Made by a program: the position numbers and the translations under genes
The notes under the pieces: model-generated
Database searches by the model: none
What the model was told of the DNA's origin: nothing
The model's input: the letters and a program-made list of their open reading frames with translations, nothing else
Shown: positions 14,480 through 28,547 of the stretch, in pieces
Layout: every line of letters begins with the position of its first letter
How positions within the stretch are numbered: position 1 is the first letter of the stretch
Source of the DNA: Dicyema japonicum
Taxonomy: Eukaryota; Animalia; Dicyemida
Length of the DNA stretch: 64,000 bases
Direction: 5' to 3'
NCBI GenBank assembly: GCA_011109175.1
Contig: RDEW01000004.1
Span: 101,976 to 165,975 of the forward strand

Positions 14480-15400
14480 TCGCATGTCATCTGTCCAAAT
14501 TTGGAGGAATTTTGCCTTGAGGAGAAACAAGATTGAAAAATGAGGAAAACATGTGAGAGAATGAAACCTATATGGCCTGACTTTTGAAAGCAGGTGAATA
14601 GCTTGTCGGGAAGAGGAGAGGATTCCTCTGGGCGCTCGGATGGTTCTAAAACCTCAAACCGACCTAAATTACGGAGATATGACTTCCAGGCAATAGCCAC
14701 GGAAGAGGTCCTAGCTGCTATAAGAAAGTCTAGAAACAAAGCACCAGGCCAAGACAAGTGTCCGATGGCCCTTTTTAGGAAGGTACCGGTAACCCTACTG
14801 GTGGGACTGGTAAGACTTTATAAGGGAGAACCAAGATATGCTCTCAGGTTGGTTTACGTTCCTAGGTGTTGGAAGAGGCGGAACTGGTTTTTGTAAGGAC
14901 ACCAGGAAAACTTCATTAAGACCCTAGTAGCCATCGCCATATTATCCCAGGAATACATAATAAAAACACTCTTTCGGACTTTCAGATGGGGTTCCGTGAA
15001 AGGAGATCCCGTGGTGGGTGACTGCCTATAGTGGTTTAGCTCTCAGATTCGCAATCAGAGGAGGCTGAAGCAGTATATGGTAGGGCTGTTTCTCGATGTG
15101 GAAAAAGCGTTCGACTAGTTCTGGCATGATGGTCTCTGATGCGCCCTCGCAGAAGATGGAATATCCGTGGAACTGAGAAATTGGATCTCCAGCTTCTTGA
15201 AGACAGGACTAACTGTAAGAATAAAGGTTGCCGATCTGTTTGTTAGATCTAACCGGGGATTTCCAAAAGTGTCAGTGCAAAATCCAACCCTATTCAACAT
15301 CTACCTGTCAACGGTCCTTACCCAGCCAATGTGAGAACAGAAATTGCTGTCTATGCTGATGAGATAGTACTCTGGGATCACTCCTGGAAGCACAGCAGTA
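14480..15400 (+). mobile_element. Degenerate LINE RT fragment
   Basis: EEVLAAIRKSRNKAPGQD, GLFLDVEKAFD.FWHDGL, and NPTLFNIYL-type motifs. Confidence 0.8.
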
Positions 15401-15739
15401 GCTGATTGTGGTTGTACGTATTGCGTACAAAGGTGATTTAATGTTGAATAGAAACAGCTTAGAAGGTTTTTCACGACTTTAGTTTCCGAAGAATTTTAGT
15501 GCTCGAAAGATGTTGTTTCTCCGCCTAAACTTGAAGTTTCTTAGAGAGTGATCGTCTTCTTTGAAGTGCAACTATTTAAGAAATCGTAAAATTAATTAAA
15601 AAACAGCACTTTTATGCAGAGCCATATTAGCTATAGCTTCGCTCAGGCAGGACACATACTTTATTTAAGTAAAGAACACTTATAACAAATCGTAGAGGGA
15701 GAACCAAGGAATGATCTTCACTTCTTTTTTCTTTTTGTT

Positions 15740-16740
15740 GGGTGTATGTCAGGCCGGGTGCCGACAAGAGGCCTGATGGCCACTAATTAAAAAGAACTCC
15801 TCAGAAATCCAACGTTCTGTGATTTTGGAGGCTCTTTTCCGGCTAGCCTTGATCTTCAAGACATCCGTCCAAGAGATGAATGGGCCCATATACCACATGC
15901 ATAAGAGATGCATGATTCAATGAATTGTTTATATACAGTGCTCAAACAGAATGCTTTTTGATCTTCCAGAAGCCTGTGAGGCATTTCAGAACATTAGTTT
16001 TCTTTTCGCATTTCGTAATTACGTTTTCAACATGGGAGAGAATGACATAAGTCACCCCAAGGATCCTTTGGGATTTTCTGAAAGGAATAGCTTTATTGTT
16101 TGCCTTCAGTTCGACCGTCCGTCTTCCCAGTCTCTTGTCTGAAGTAAATAGGGTTGTGACGGACTTCTCATTGCTGGCAGTTAAGCGATTCTTCGATAGC
16201 CATTCGTTAAGATGGTCCAGGTTTTCTTGCAATCTCGAAGTGGCAATCTGGATGTATTGATCGCGTGACGCAATGAATGTCGTCGACACGAGTTAGAATA
16301 ATATCATTTTCGGCGTCTGGAGTGGGGAGGTCCGCCATGAATAGGTTGAATAAAACTGGAGACAAAGGGGATCCTTAGGGAACCCATTAGGAAGAAGCCG
16401 TGAAATAGACCTTGACTGGCCAATGCAGACGGGTCCCCTCCGACCACTAAGGAAGTTAGCTAGTCAGAGTTTGAGCGTTCCAGGGATCTTTGTTTGGTAA
16501 ATTTTCCAAGTAAAAATCTTCTTGACACAGAGTCAAAAGCTTTGTGTACGTATATGAAGCAATGTGGAGTCTTCATGTGTCACGGCCTGTGAGAGAAACC
16601 ATATCGTATAAAGTTAGTCAATGCATATAAGTGGGTCGAAGTAGACCTCTCCTTTTTAAAACCATGTTGAAATGACAAGTCCGGGAGGAAATTTTTGATT
16701 TTCGCGAGAACCACCCTTTCCATTGGAGAACTGGATCATC
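15740..16740 (-). mobile_element. Degenerate LINE RT and post-RT region
   Basis: GFPKDPLCLQFY (PQG region), IATSRLQENLDHLNEWL, RILGVTY, and TVYKQFIESCISYACGIW. Confidence 0.85.
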
Positions 16741-16869
16741 AATAAAAGACTTACAAATTAGTATAAATTAAAAATCTAAATTGTTTTATTTTATTAAATA
16801 GACTTTTAAATTTTCATATCGAATAGGGAATAAATAAAATTATTTAAATTTAGTAATTATCGACTTATA

Positions 16870-19800
16870 ATGGCGAATGGTGAACAGTCGACTCACAGAA
16901 GTGCTGGACAAGTGCTGGTACGTCGCATTCTTTCAGAGTTCCTCAAAGTCAGTTCCTACAAAATAACCGTTGCCCTAAAATCGTCAAATGTAATATCTGT
17001 AACATAAGCACACAGAATGGACCGATCAACAAACTAATGAGCATCCACAACGACAGCTATTTTATGCAGCTGATATCGTCAATTTCTCTGCTCTGCAAAA
17101 ACTGTCTCCCATCTGTCCTCACTTCAATCCAACGTTGGTACAAATCACACGTGACTGAGACTTCTTCGAGGTTGCATTTATTATACAACCCACTAGAATT
17201 GACGAAATAGTAGAAAAAAGCAACGTAAGTGGTTAACCCTTAATAAATAGCACCTTACCAAATACATATACTGCATTGTTCTCTCCAATGTGATCTCCGA
17301 GCTTTCTCTCCACCCAGACTGTGTGGATGTAGTGGAAAACATAATAAACGAGGCGTTCAAGCATTTTCAAAACTCCGAAAAGTCTGGTTGTGTTTGTTAG
17401 TATAGCTACATTCCATTCGATACACAAGACGAAAATATCATAACTGAGATGTTCTCTGAATTGCTGGGAGTTATTTGTAACTCCAGGTAAAGTCTTTAAA
17501 TGACCCAGATTTTACACTGTGAGAGCTAAGTTCATGGAGGAGTTCTCCCGCTTAAAAGCATGTGAAATGACCCCTATTGTGTCCCAAAACATAATTTCTT
17601 TATTTCATGGAATAAAACACTTCAAAATCAAGGTTCATGCCGTTCAAGTAATTTAGCTTCAATCACTGGATGAATTTATTCAGGGAGTTAACTTTCTGAC
17701 GGACATTGGGAGATATTTCCTTGAAGTTAAGGATAGGAACATCCGTCACGCAATTTCCACCGTTCTAGTTGAGCTTCTTCTTCAGATCGCCCCCGTTTTA
17801 GCCTTTTTAATTTTTTAGGAAATAAACAACAGCGTGAATGTGCCGGCAATGAAAAAATTTGTCGAATTGCTATACGAGCCCACACTTTATTTGGCCTCCA
17901 AGAAGAGATCCTTCAGCAACATTTTCTTCCCAATGACTGCTTGTCTGCTCTCTGTGAGCTGCAAGGACTTTTTTCTATCAAATTGGTCGAATTTCCTTTC
18001 ACTTTGTCTGGTCAATCTGAAGAACAAGGACTCAAAAAAGAGACGAATCGCTTTCGAGGCTATCCACCGACTTGTTTGGTAATTCACGTGCTTAAACGTA
18101 GGGTTTACACTAACAGGATAAACTACGAGAACAACGTTGTTTCAAGGACACGACTTTTGTCTATTTCTTCGGTTCTCTTTCCTCGAACAGGCAAGAGCAT
18201 CACCCCTAAAGAAGCACCAGTTGGAATGTTTGTGAAAATAATTCAATTTATAGCTAAAGTACTTTCATTTCTGATTTTAAGGGGAAACTTGAATACGCTG
18301 TGACGGAGATTATCTACGACTTGTTACAAGTGAACAGGAATATCCGTTACATTTATCCAAAGGTTGGTTTACTTGCCATTTCAGAGAATGTTGATTGGGA
18401 TTTGTGCCTTTTTGAGTATAGCTGAGAACAGAAAGGACAATTCCGTCGTCCGTTTCAATGGAAAGGCCCAAAATAACATGATCATCGATAAGTTGACTAT
18501 GAAGAAGAAACTCTCCGATGATATCACTGATTCCTACTCAGAATTATTTCTTTTTTTAACCCCCATTACTCGAGCTTTTACAGCCATCCTGAAACTTCTT
18601 GATTCACAAGTAGGTCAACCTTTCCACGTTTCTAAAAGTGACCCAACTTCAAAGGAAAACGAGAATATGTCCGTACTTAGTTTGACTTTTAGTCAAGAGA
18701 AGATCCTAAAAATGAACCTCTTTTCCACTTGCATTGCTTCGATTCCTAGGTTTTTTGGAGATGACTCAGAATACATTGATTTCCTGGCAAATCTCTGCTT
18801 CCATTCTGACGAAGAGATACAAGCGTAGAGCTTTCTATACACCATTTAGGACTTCCTTTGAATCCCTGAGAGTGATCATTGCGAACTACCACAACTCAAT
18901 TCCCACCGTCATTCAAAGTATTTCATTATTAATCGCCTAGAGTCCATTGACACTGTTACCAACGTGTCGATTGATATTTCCCATTTTAATGTCTACAACA
19001 CAGTCATACGCAGAATTATTTGTTTTCTCGATTACACCAAAACCCTCATCTCCGAAGGACTGAGTCTCGATGCATCGTTTCTTGATTCAGTTGAGGGAAT
19101 TGCTCTTTTTTTCCTATGTCTTCCTTCTACCTACTCAAAACAGCAGGCATGCCAGCTCTTGAAGAGTGTTGATGAAGTAACTGGTTGTATGGTATCACTG
19201 AATTTTTTATTTAGAACTGCGAAAAATATTCCCGAAAGTCCCTAAAGTTTTATTTTGAGAAGGAATTGTCGTCTGTAATTCCGAGCTTTCTAAAGGAGTA
19301 TTTTGGACTTGTTAAGGTAGAAAAGTCATTGTAAATGTGTAGGTCTCTGAACTATACTCATGTGGAGGAGAACTCATGTGGCTCTCTCAAACTTGCCAAT
19401 TTTTCGATAACCTAAACCTGTTCAAAAGGCAAGAAGACTCTGAAAATTTGACTGATAGACAAAATATGTGGATTCAAATGTACTCCCAGCTTCTTCATTC
19501 TATACTTTACCATTACCAACTGAGTCCTTTAATTTCTTCGACCACTGTTCAGATTCTCTACAATAGACTCGTATACCTTAATTTCGGGTCTGGGATTTCC
19601 TCAAACACTTTCAAGTTCCAATATTTAATGATTTAGGACTGAGATTGTGTCCACGTCATTTTTTAGGAGTTCTTTTACGAGAAAATACGCCCACGTGTTC
19701 GTGACTGTTTGGAATAGCTTTTCATTAATTTACTGTACGGCATTGAATGATTCCCATGAGTTTAAATTTTTGTGAATTGTTTAGATTAATGAATGTTTGT

Positions 19801-22800
19801 GACAAGACGGGCAGCGTGACGACCTTGAATATTAGCACAATGACTTCAAAACAACTCCTACGTCTATATGTGGAAGCTCTTAGGGGGGAAAGCGTTGAAA
19901 TGGCAGAATGTGCCATCATGGCTCTGGGAAGACTTTGTGTCCACCAAACTTTGTAGGGTTTTTTCATGAGCTTAGTGACGTAATTGCTGAGTTGTCTCCC
20001 CTGATGAGAGAATGTCTGGAGAAAAAAGTAGAGAAGAGTTCTCGTAGGAAGAAAAAACAGCAGATTATATTTAATTTAATGAGAACACTCATTCAAATGT
20101 GCAAAAACGACTACTTCAGTCTGCGGTAGTAAGAATAATTATTTGAAGCATTTCTCTTGGCAAAACTGACTTTATTTCAATCATTATTGAATTTATTACT
20201 ACTTTGAGTTCAATGTTCAACTTTTTTGATTCCAGCGCCTCCGCTATTTACGAACAGAAAGTCTTGTTTCTGATACTTTTCAATGGCTTTATTGACCAAA
20301 TTCCTGGTTTGCTTGTTTGTGTATTCAGACGTAATGAGGATGTCTTTGATGACCAAAACAACTAGACTGGAGTTCTTTGAGTTCATTTTGGTGTGGAAGA
20401 AGGACTCTGACCACGAAATTGGTTCGATATTGTAATCTCGTGTTAATTTTTTTCAGACCAAAAAGCTTTTCGACAAATGAAGACATTAATCTGATGAAAA
20501 TATGTGATGATGCTATTATCAGACTTGTTACGTGTGGATCGTTCATGAATCCTGGTGATTTCACGGAGAAATATTTGTTCGGATTAGTTAATAATGAAAA
20601 TAATGTCACCAATTTAATAATTCTGTAGAAAGTCGTTAAAGAAAAGCTGCTTTCTGCGCTCATTCAGAGTGATCCCTTATACTTCCACCACGTAATATGC
20701 CTCCTCTACACCTCTCCCATGATTACTTCCATAAGATGGTACATTTTATTTGCCGATATTGCGGTAAACTGGTATATTTATGTTAATTTGAAATAGTGAT
20801 CTCTCTGTTTTTAATTTAGTGGAATTCTTTGCATTCTCTCTGGTTTGCTCTACTTTTCCAAATGAGCAAGTAAATATTTTCTCCACCAAATACTGTGGAA
20901 ATTGTCTAAGAACGAAACACTCGGCGCTTCAAACGAACTCGATGATTGCTTTTCTCAGTTCAGTCTCCCTATTGGAACGGCATTTGAGTCTCCTTTAAGA
21001 AATTTTGCGAAGGCATGCGATCATCTTACATTCAACGTTTTCTCAGAATTGACAAACAAATTTTTAATCGCTGACCCCTCCCAACATCAATCAATGTGTC
21101 GAGTCCTTCTATTTTGGCTGGAGAATGTGCAACTCACTCCTCGCTCTGCTTCCAATGGTAATTTGAAAACAGATCATCAGACTGAGTCAATTCTGAATAA
21201 TTTGATGTATTTGACTCACAAAGTAAGGATTTGTTTCAATTTCAAGTTTGGGGATGCTATTCCCGACTATCTGGGAAGATTGTGGGTCACTCTAAGCTCC
21301 GCCGTCAATAACAATTTCATAGTTGTATACGAATATATCAAGATCATGGCAATTTTCTCCCCCAACAAATTTCTTTATACGGTTGTTCTTCACTACTTAT
21401 TTAGTCAAATCGAATTTTGTTGTGGATTGGGTCATCACATCTTTCGCAAACAGTTATTGACTTAATTCGGTTGGATTTGACGAATTTCAATTTCATGAAC
21501 TGTGTTTTATCACGATCATCCACATTTCCTTACTATTCGGTGACCCATGACGAATTCATTATGAAATTCGAATCCACGTGTTTGATTTTTGAGGAAACTC
21601 ATTTTGATTCCGAGTAAGTTACTAAAATGTAAAATTCAGCCCAAATTCTGGTGTTTCGAAATCCAAATAACTCATCGTCCATCATGAATCTTAAGGAATA
21701 CTTCCCTTTTGGACCAATCTCCTTATACGAATTCCCAATGTTTGTGAAATTCTAATTAAAGATTCTTCTCTTCCTTGTTCATATCCGAGGACTTTCTCAT
21801 GAATTTCGAGAGTGACTATCTGTTCCCAATTGTGCCTCTATTGCTGCATGTAGTCTTTCAAGGCAGACTCCTCTGTTTACCTTAGGTTTGGATAGCCATA
21901 ATGAATTCATCTTGAGAAGATGCTTGTCTATTTTACATAGAATTCTCATGAGATTGTCTTCCACTTATTTCCGATCTTATTTCAGTGGAGAATGGGGATT
22001 CTTCCCATGGTATTATAATATGTCGTCTTTTTGACATGTTGTGTTCAAAGTTGTAATTTGCTGATATTTAAGTGATAAGAAGCCATTGTGGACTCATTGC
22101 ACGTGTTCTGACATCAATTGCTGTAGCAGCAAGTTAACCTCATTGATGAGTGATATTTTTGAAATTATTGACGGAATTTCTGATTTGAATACTAAATGGG
22201 GGGACATCTGTTTGGATTTTGTAGCCTCTCCCGACTACCACTGCTCCATTCGGTCCCTCCAGGTTAGATGACTCTCTGATGTTTCAGATTTATCAATGTC
22301 TTCGCATTCATCCCACTAAAGATGTAATTGGAAAGTTTTTATGCTATGTTGAATCAATTACGGAGGAAAACGTTACTGGTAATCAGGTTTGAGAAATATT
22401 GACCTTAGAAATATTTTATTCACGAATTGATGTCCACATTGGTGTCCTCGATTCATTTAATTTACTGTGATTTCTCAAGTTCTTCCTCGGAGGAGATGTA
22501 CCCACTCTTATTTGCAATTGGTTCTGTTTTTCTGGCTTCAAACACTTTCTATTTGTCTGGAGTAAGGATCATAAAGGAAGTGGTTCATGTTTTCGACAAA
22601 ATACGGATGGAGTCGTTCAGAAGTGACCTTGACTGTTTTGTGTCCTCAGGTTTTAACGGAATCCTTCCATACTTGTTACTGGTATCACTTATTTGTGACG
22701 ATTACAGGGAATGTACTCAAATGATGAGAAATGCCAGCTATCCTTTGACTTGCTGATTTCATTTTTCTCATATTACTCTGAGACTTTCTTATATAAGAAA

Positions 22801-25500
22801 GCAAAAGAGAACCTGTCTCTACTTATACTTGTCATGATACCTTACATGACATTCCATTATTTCAAACCAGACCAGATCTCCCTTTTATTGGTCAACGAAA
22901 TTATTGAGGTTTACTTAACTATATGATTTTAGGCGGTTCAAGGTAACAAGAAGGCCAACAAACTGATTACCGTGTTGAACCGGTACTCCTTAAAGTCGTT
23001 TGGAAAGAACTACAACGTCTGGATTCAATGTGTCGTAAAATATGTCATGGACTTTCTGACTGTCCCCTTGACTGATTCTGCAGATTTGATCTGCCAGGTT
23101 GTCGGAGTTCGGAATGTTTAGGTTGCGGAGAAATCTGATCCTCAGTATGCTCCATTCGCCCTCCAAACTTTGATATCCCTGACAGAATTGGAGGATCAGC
23201 TTTTGAACAACCATACATTGGTTCATCAGTTATGCTCAACAAGCATAGCATCACTGAATGTATGAGTTGTGTTCATTTCCTTCAGCATCCTCTAAGTGCT
23301 CCGTCAGCTATGAACCTAATGAAATTGATTGTCGATAAATCCTCTGACCTTCCGACTGAATCTCTCTTCAATGCTGAAGAACACGAAAGAGAACAAACAC
23401 ATAGGCGGGCTGTCCGACGTGTTATGTCCATTATAGGATCAGAGAATCAGTTTAGGTGCTCACTGCCAGGTATTCTATCACATTTATTAAAAGGCCGTGT
23501 TCTTGAGTTTGAAATGTCTGTGAGTGACCATTCAAAGTGTTCAGACATTTTGCATCCTGTGACGTCTTATTTCATACATTCATCTGTATCCTCAAATGAT
23601 CACATTTAGGAAAATTTCATGAATAATTTGCGTGAGTTGATAACCAAACTTGGACTCTGTCCTGTGCCCCCTCGCACTATGGAGGTTCTTCAGAGTACTG
23701 AACAACAAATTGAGGATGAACCTTTATTTTCTAAAAGTTAGATGTTTCCGCTTATTTAGGCAACTCTGTGATTTCTTCAAACACGGAGAGTTCTAATTAC
23801 TGCATTTCCAAGGCTTTCCAGTTTCTATATGGAACAAATCAAGAAGACAATATATACTGCTCAATTCAAAATCAGGAACATTGGAAGGACAATGTAGATC
23901 TTGAGGAGAGCACTAATGTGAGTGAACCCCCATTAATGTTCGATTCAATGAAACTTGATGTTGAAAACAATGAAGACGTTGACGTAATATTCACTGTTAG
24001 ATTCTCTCAAAGTCCTCCTCATTTTCTTACAGTCCTATCTACAAGAATGAGCGGGAGACGAGTGATGAAAATACCAGTGAAACTCAGGGCAGCATTCCAA
24101 GTCAGATGCCTCCATTGCAGTCTTCCATACTGAATGTAGAAGACCCAAATCTTCACATAAATAATATTTTCCTCCTATATCGTAGTATAGTCAAGGTTTT
24201 GATGTGTTTTCACGACAGAAAAGCATGATCAGTCTGATTGACTATTTTAGCTCATTTTTGAAATCAATTCGGTTAATGGAACACGTTTCCTTGGCCAATG
24301 ACTTGTACGCGATGAATGAAAACTTTAGTATCATATGAATCTCATTTTAGAGCGACTCTTGACTATGTTTGACAGTGTACGTTCAGGTGGCCAGTTGTGT
24401 GTTGCCATTTTCAGAATGTAATCATAATGGCTTGAGTTTAGGTTCAGAGTACTACAGATAGCGATAAGTATATTCCCAACGCCCTTCATTTCAGAATCAT
24501 TCAAATGCAGAGAGCTAAAGCTAATTTTGAGTCTACCTTGAATCGACTTCCCCCTCTCTCTAATTATGCGGTTGTTCGTTATCTGATTATAGGCGTTCAT
24601 TAACATTCATTCATTTTTGACTCTTCTCTACAGTGTCATGATTCTCATTGAAAGTTACCAGAAGGTAGTTCAGTCCGCTAATAGCATTCTTGAGTCGTAT
24701 AAGGTTTTATTTGTTTTATTGTAGTGCATTGACGAGAGTGACGTTATTCAAAAATTGTTAGAGCATTTGAAAGCCGCGTCTTCTGAGGTCATCAATAGGG
24801 AATTGGCAGTGGATATGTCTTCTGTTGATGATGAGCTTTGCATTATGCTGAATAATGAGAAGTATTCAGAGGCATTGAACCTTTTGGAATACACGAAAAA
24901 GTATTTTAGTATATGTGTTTAAGAGATAATGATGAACTAATCGGCCTTTTGACTGAGGACAACATTGAGATTCTGTTGTATATTCTAGTTCGACAACTCA
25001 CACTAACTGACGGAATAAGTTGTTGCTTAAGGATATTCTAGGTCGATTGGGTATGATTTGTGATTTTGGTGATCTACAGTGGCTACATTCAGTCCTTATG
25101 AATTTTTATACACGCTTTGACATGTCTTTTCACAAAAACATTTTTGATTGAGTTTCCTGTTTTTTATTGAATTCTAATTAGGCTTTATGTTTGGGAACTA
25201 TTAAGTCTTTTCTCGTTATTAAGACTTTTAAATGTGTGGCGTTCGAACCACCAAGTTGGCTGTAGTGATGTTTTTGGAGTTTGTCACTTAGTTCTTCCAT
25301 GTTATGGAATGGCAACGAGGATTTAAATCAGCTATAGGGCGGCTAAGACATAATTACCACAACCAGTTCAACTATCCTATAAATAATTCTAGTATTAATG
25401 TCGGATTTGCAATGCTAGTGGAACGTAATTTTGAATTTTGGAGACAAATCTATAATCGAGAGTTTTAAGTAACCCAGTCTATATCGCGTGTTATTTCATT
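16870..25500 (+). CDS. FRY: Furry (FRY/FRYL, MOR2/PAG1 family) HEAT-repeat scaffold, many short introns
   Basis: Spliced N-terminus FMQLISSISLLCKNCLPSVLTSIQRWYK and FLEVKDRNIRHAISTVLVELL...VNVPAMKKFVELLYEPTLYLASKKR...FFLSNWSNFLSLCLVNLKNKDSKKRRIAFEAIHRLVW match the conserved Furry N-terminal region. The 3' end (about 25470-25520) is uncertain. Confidence 0.88.
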
Positions 25501-25757
25501 GAAATCTACTGTATGATTATTTTTATTAAATTCCAAAACACAAAAAAGTAACTAATTAGGTTGTCCTGCTCCAAAATTCACCACTTAATCCCTTGTCTCC
25601 AGGTCAGTTTTCAGATGAATTATGAGAATTTAAGTTTGTTCTTCTAAGGTTAATACAAATGGATCTAATAATTTTTCCCTTAAAAGTAAATAAAAATATT
25701 TGAATATAAATAAATTTAGCGCCTTGAGCTGTTCTTGGTGGTGTCGGTCGAACTAGT

Positions 25758-27715
25758 ATGTCTGAAGAACAAGTAGAGAAGATGCAAGAGATCATCAAAG
25801 GTTTCGTTCGTCAAGTATTATTCACAATCCTATATTTAGCATCACTATATCTCCGCCATTTTTTGGCTGGACAAACTACTCATATTTACTCCACGTATTT
25901 CACTTATTAAACACTGAATAGAGGCCGAAGAGTACCTCCTGCTCTACCTTGAGTGTCTCTACTGCACAGGCCAGTACATGCGTTCTCTGTCTTTTATTTC
26001 CTACTACAAACTAGAAAATGTATGTTTTTTTCTTAATCTCGGCAGAAAAGCTTCAGAGCTACCCTCATGTGTGCGAAATGTTACGTAATGTCTCATTTTA
26101 TTTAAATAGTATGAGGCCGGTCACTATAATGAGGCCTCGAGCTTGCTATCCTCTGAACTGATCCAGAAAATCTACGACTCCGAGGTAAGTGGGTTCTACC
26201 TACCTTTAGCTGTTGTGTGGCATCTACCTTACAAGGGGAAAGATTGCCGAGGCCAAAGAAGAGAGGGAATTGGCAATTCAGTGCTATGATAATTGTTTGA
26301 GGGTAAACTCGATCTTCTATGAGTCAGTGGAGAGACTGATGAGACTGACTGGACAGGCCTCTGTAGATTTACATCTCGATGAGTCTATGGGAGACTCAAT
26401 CAATGATGTCTATAGAACACTTTATTCCGTTACTGAGTCTGGGATATTTAGAGAAACGTGCAAAACTGGACAGAAGCGATCAATTTCTGGCACAAATCTC
26501 AGAGAATAGTGTGGATGGTATGCTCTGCTCAGTAAAGCGACTATTTGATCTGTTTCTGTTCAATGATGCCTATAACTTGTCCCAGAAGTAACTTTCTACT
26601 TATTTGTAGAATTCTGGCACGTGATTTTTACAATTATGAGCATCTTTCTTACTATGTTGGTATTCTGTATAAACTCAACAAGGAAATCGGTATTTCTGTT
26701 ATTTTATTGTCAGAGATGTATTCGTTCATCCATAAAGTTATGAAACTCGACAATGAGGCACGTGTATTGTATAAATGTTTAGATCACTTGGTATTCTATC
26801 GGGATGTACTATATGATGAGAAATAACGCAGAAATGGCCCGGAAGTTCTTTAAGAAGGTCACAGACAAGAATCCCAGCTTTGTGTTTGCTTGGATGTGCA
26901 TGGGACACACCTATTCTATGGAATGCGAGCACGATCAAGCCATATCTGTATATTTGTCTGCAGTAAATAACTCTAAATGGTAAGGTTCTGGTCATATCAA
27001 GTCATAAACGTGCTTTGATCTCCGTGGCGACCGAGTATTTTAATCTGGACAACTTCACGATGGCCGCCAATATGCTGAAGGAGGCGCTCATTCACCTTCC
27101 TGATGATCCCTTGGTTGTTTATGAACTCGCAGTCATTGATTACAAGCGAGGCAGGTAGTTTGATGGCTAAATTGGAGATATGTAGAGGCCCTGAACGGGT
27201 TTAACAGGACAAAGTCCATGGCAGAGGAACGGGGGATTAATTTGATGGATGGATTCTGGGAACCACTGTACAACAACATTGGTTTCTGCTGTCGGAAACT
27301 TGGGTAGGTTGTTTTGGGGAATTTAGTGCTTATGATAAGGCCATTGAGAGTCACCTAATCGGCCTAACCATAAAACCGATATCGGGGACCTACTCTGCTA
27401 TCGCCTTTAACTATTGTCGCCTTCGGATGCATTTTAAGGCGATTGATTACCTCCATAAGGTTTACTGGTTTATAATCCAGGCTTTAAGTTTAAAAAGAGA
27501 TGACGTGGTGGCATTTTTGTATTAATACGAATCTCCAGTTCTCCCCTTTGATGGATATGCCGGAGCCGTTGGGTGGGAAAAAGACGGTTGATCCGTTGAC
27601 CGAGAGTTTGTCTCAGTGTGTTGAGAATAAACCGAATGAGACAACCTTTTTTACTGCTGATGATATTAACTTGAGTGTTACTAGTCCTGTTGTTGTCCTG
27701 GACGAGTCTCAGTAG
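25758..27715 (+). CDS. CDC16: Anaphase-promoting complex subunit 6 (TPR protein), spliced
   Basis: N-terminus KGFVRQHHYISAIFWLDKL...YLECLYCTGQYMRS and TPR motifs ARKFFKKVTDKNPSFVFAWMCMGHTYSMECEHDQAISVY, WEPLYNNIGFCCRKL. Confidence 0.9.
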
Positions 27716-27899
27716 GTTTTTTCATTAATGAGTTAAATTTACATATTTTGTATTTCATATTTGTTGGGATATTTTGTTGGTTCTTATTGGGGGATTTTAT
27801 TCATTACCAAGTACATTTGTGCAGGAAACGTCTTTATTGGAGGGAATCGTAGCATGTGGTGTTCAGTTTATAGAGTCATTTCTGAGACACATCATCGTT

Positions 27900-28400
27900 A
27901 TAGCTAACATCCTGAATCGTGGGAGAATGTGTGATGGGTATTTTTAGAGATCAAGCTCAGATTATGGATATCCTCCTTGCTCTGCCTGTCAGGGGTGGAC
28001 TGAGTGCTTGTTGACTTGACTGCTGATATTACAAGTCGAATCAATATCGACTATTCGTGTATTGTTCAGTTGGGCTCTGAACAAAGCGATTCGTAGTCAT
28101 TGGCTGTAGATAGGATATGCAGAAACAGGTTAAAGAAGGATGAAGAGCCATGTCGATCTTTAAATCATTATCTTGTTTAAATTCCCATTCATTTGAGTTT
28201 AAATTCAGTTTCTCAAAGGATTTGAACAAACATCTTTAATATGTGGCAATATTTGGAAGAATTCATTGTCCAATCAATAAAATATATTTCTGAAGAGCAG
28301 AAACACCCACATATCATGATATGTGTCAATTTTCTTGAGAGTGCTTCCCAGTTCCATAGAAGATGTGCTATAACAGATTAGAAAAACTCCCTCTTATGGT
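27900..28400 (-). pseudogene. Possible Tc1/mariner transposase relic
   Basis: Broken minus-strand frames IMICGCF...IYFIDWTMNSSKYCHIL and WEFKQDND resemble the Tc1 VWGC...MNS..Y..IL...FQQDND motifs. No TIRs found. Confidence 0.35.
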
Positions 28401-28524
28401 CCTGATAGGATCCTCATTATTTTATGCGAAAAGGGCTGATGCCATCTATATTTTTTATTTGAATGAATAAAAAATAATAAAATAAAATTTATAAAAATGA
28501 ACGAAAATTTAAATTTTTAATAAT

Positions 28525-28530
28525 CACGTG
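28525..28530. promoter_or_regulatory. E-box CACGTG ending 17 nt before the LTV1 ATG
   Basis: Sits at the end of an AT-rich spacer just before the start codon of a ribosome-biogenesis gene. Confidence 0.45.
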
Positions 28531-28547
28531 TTTTGTCTCAAACTCAT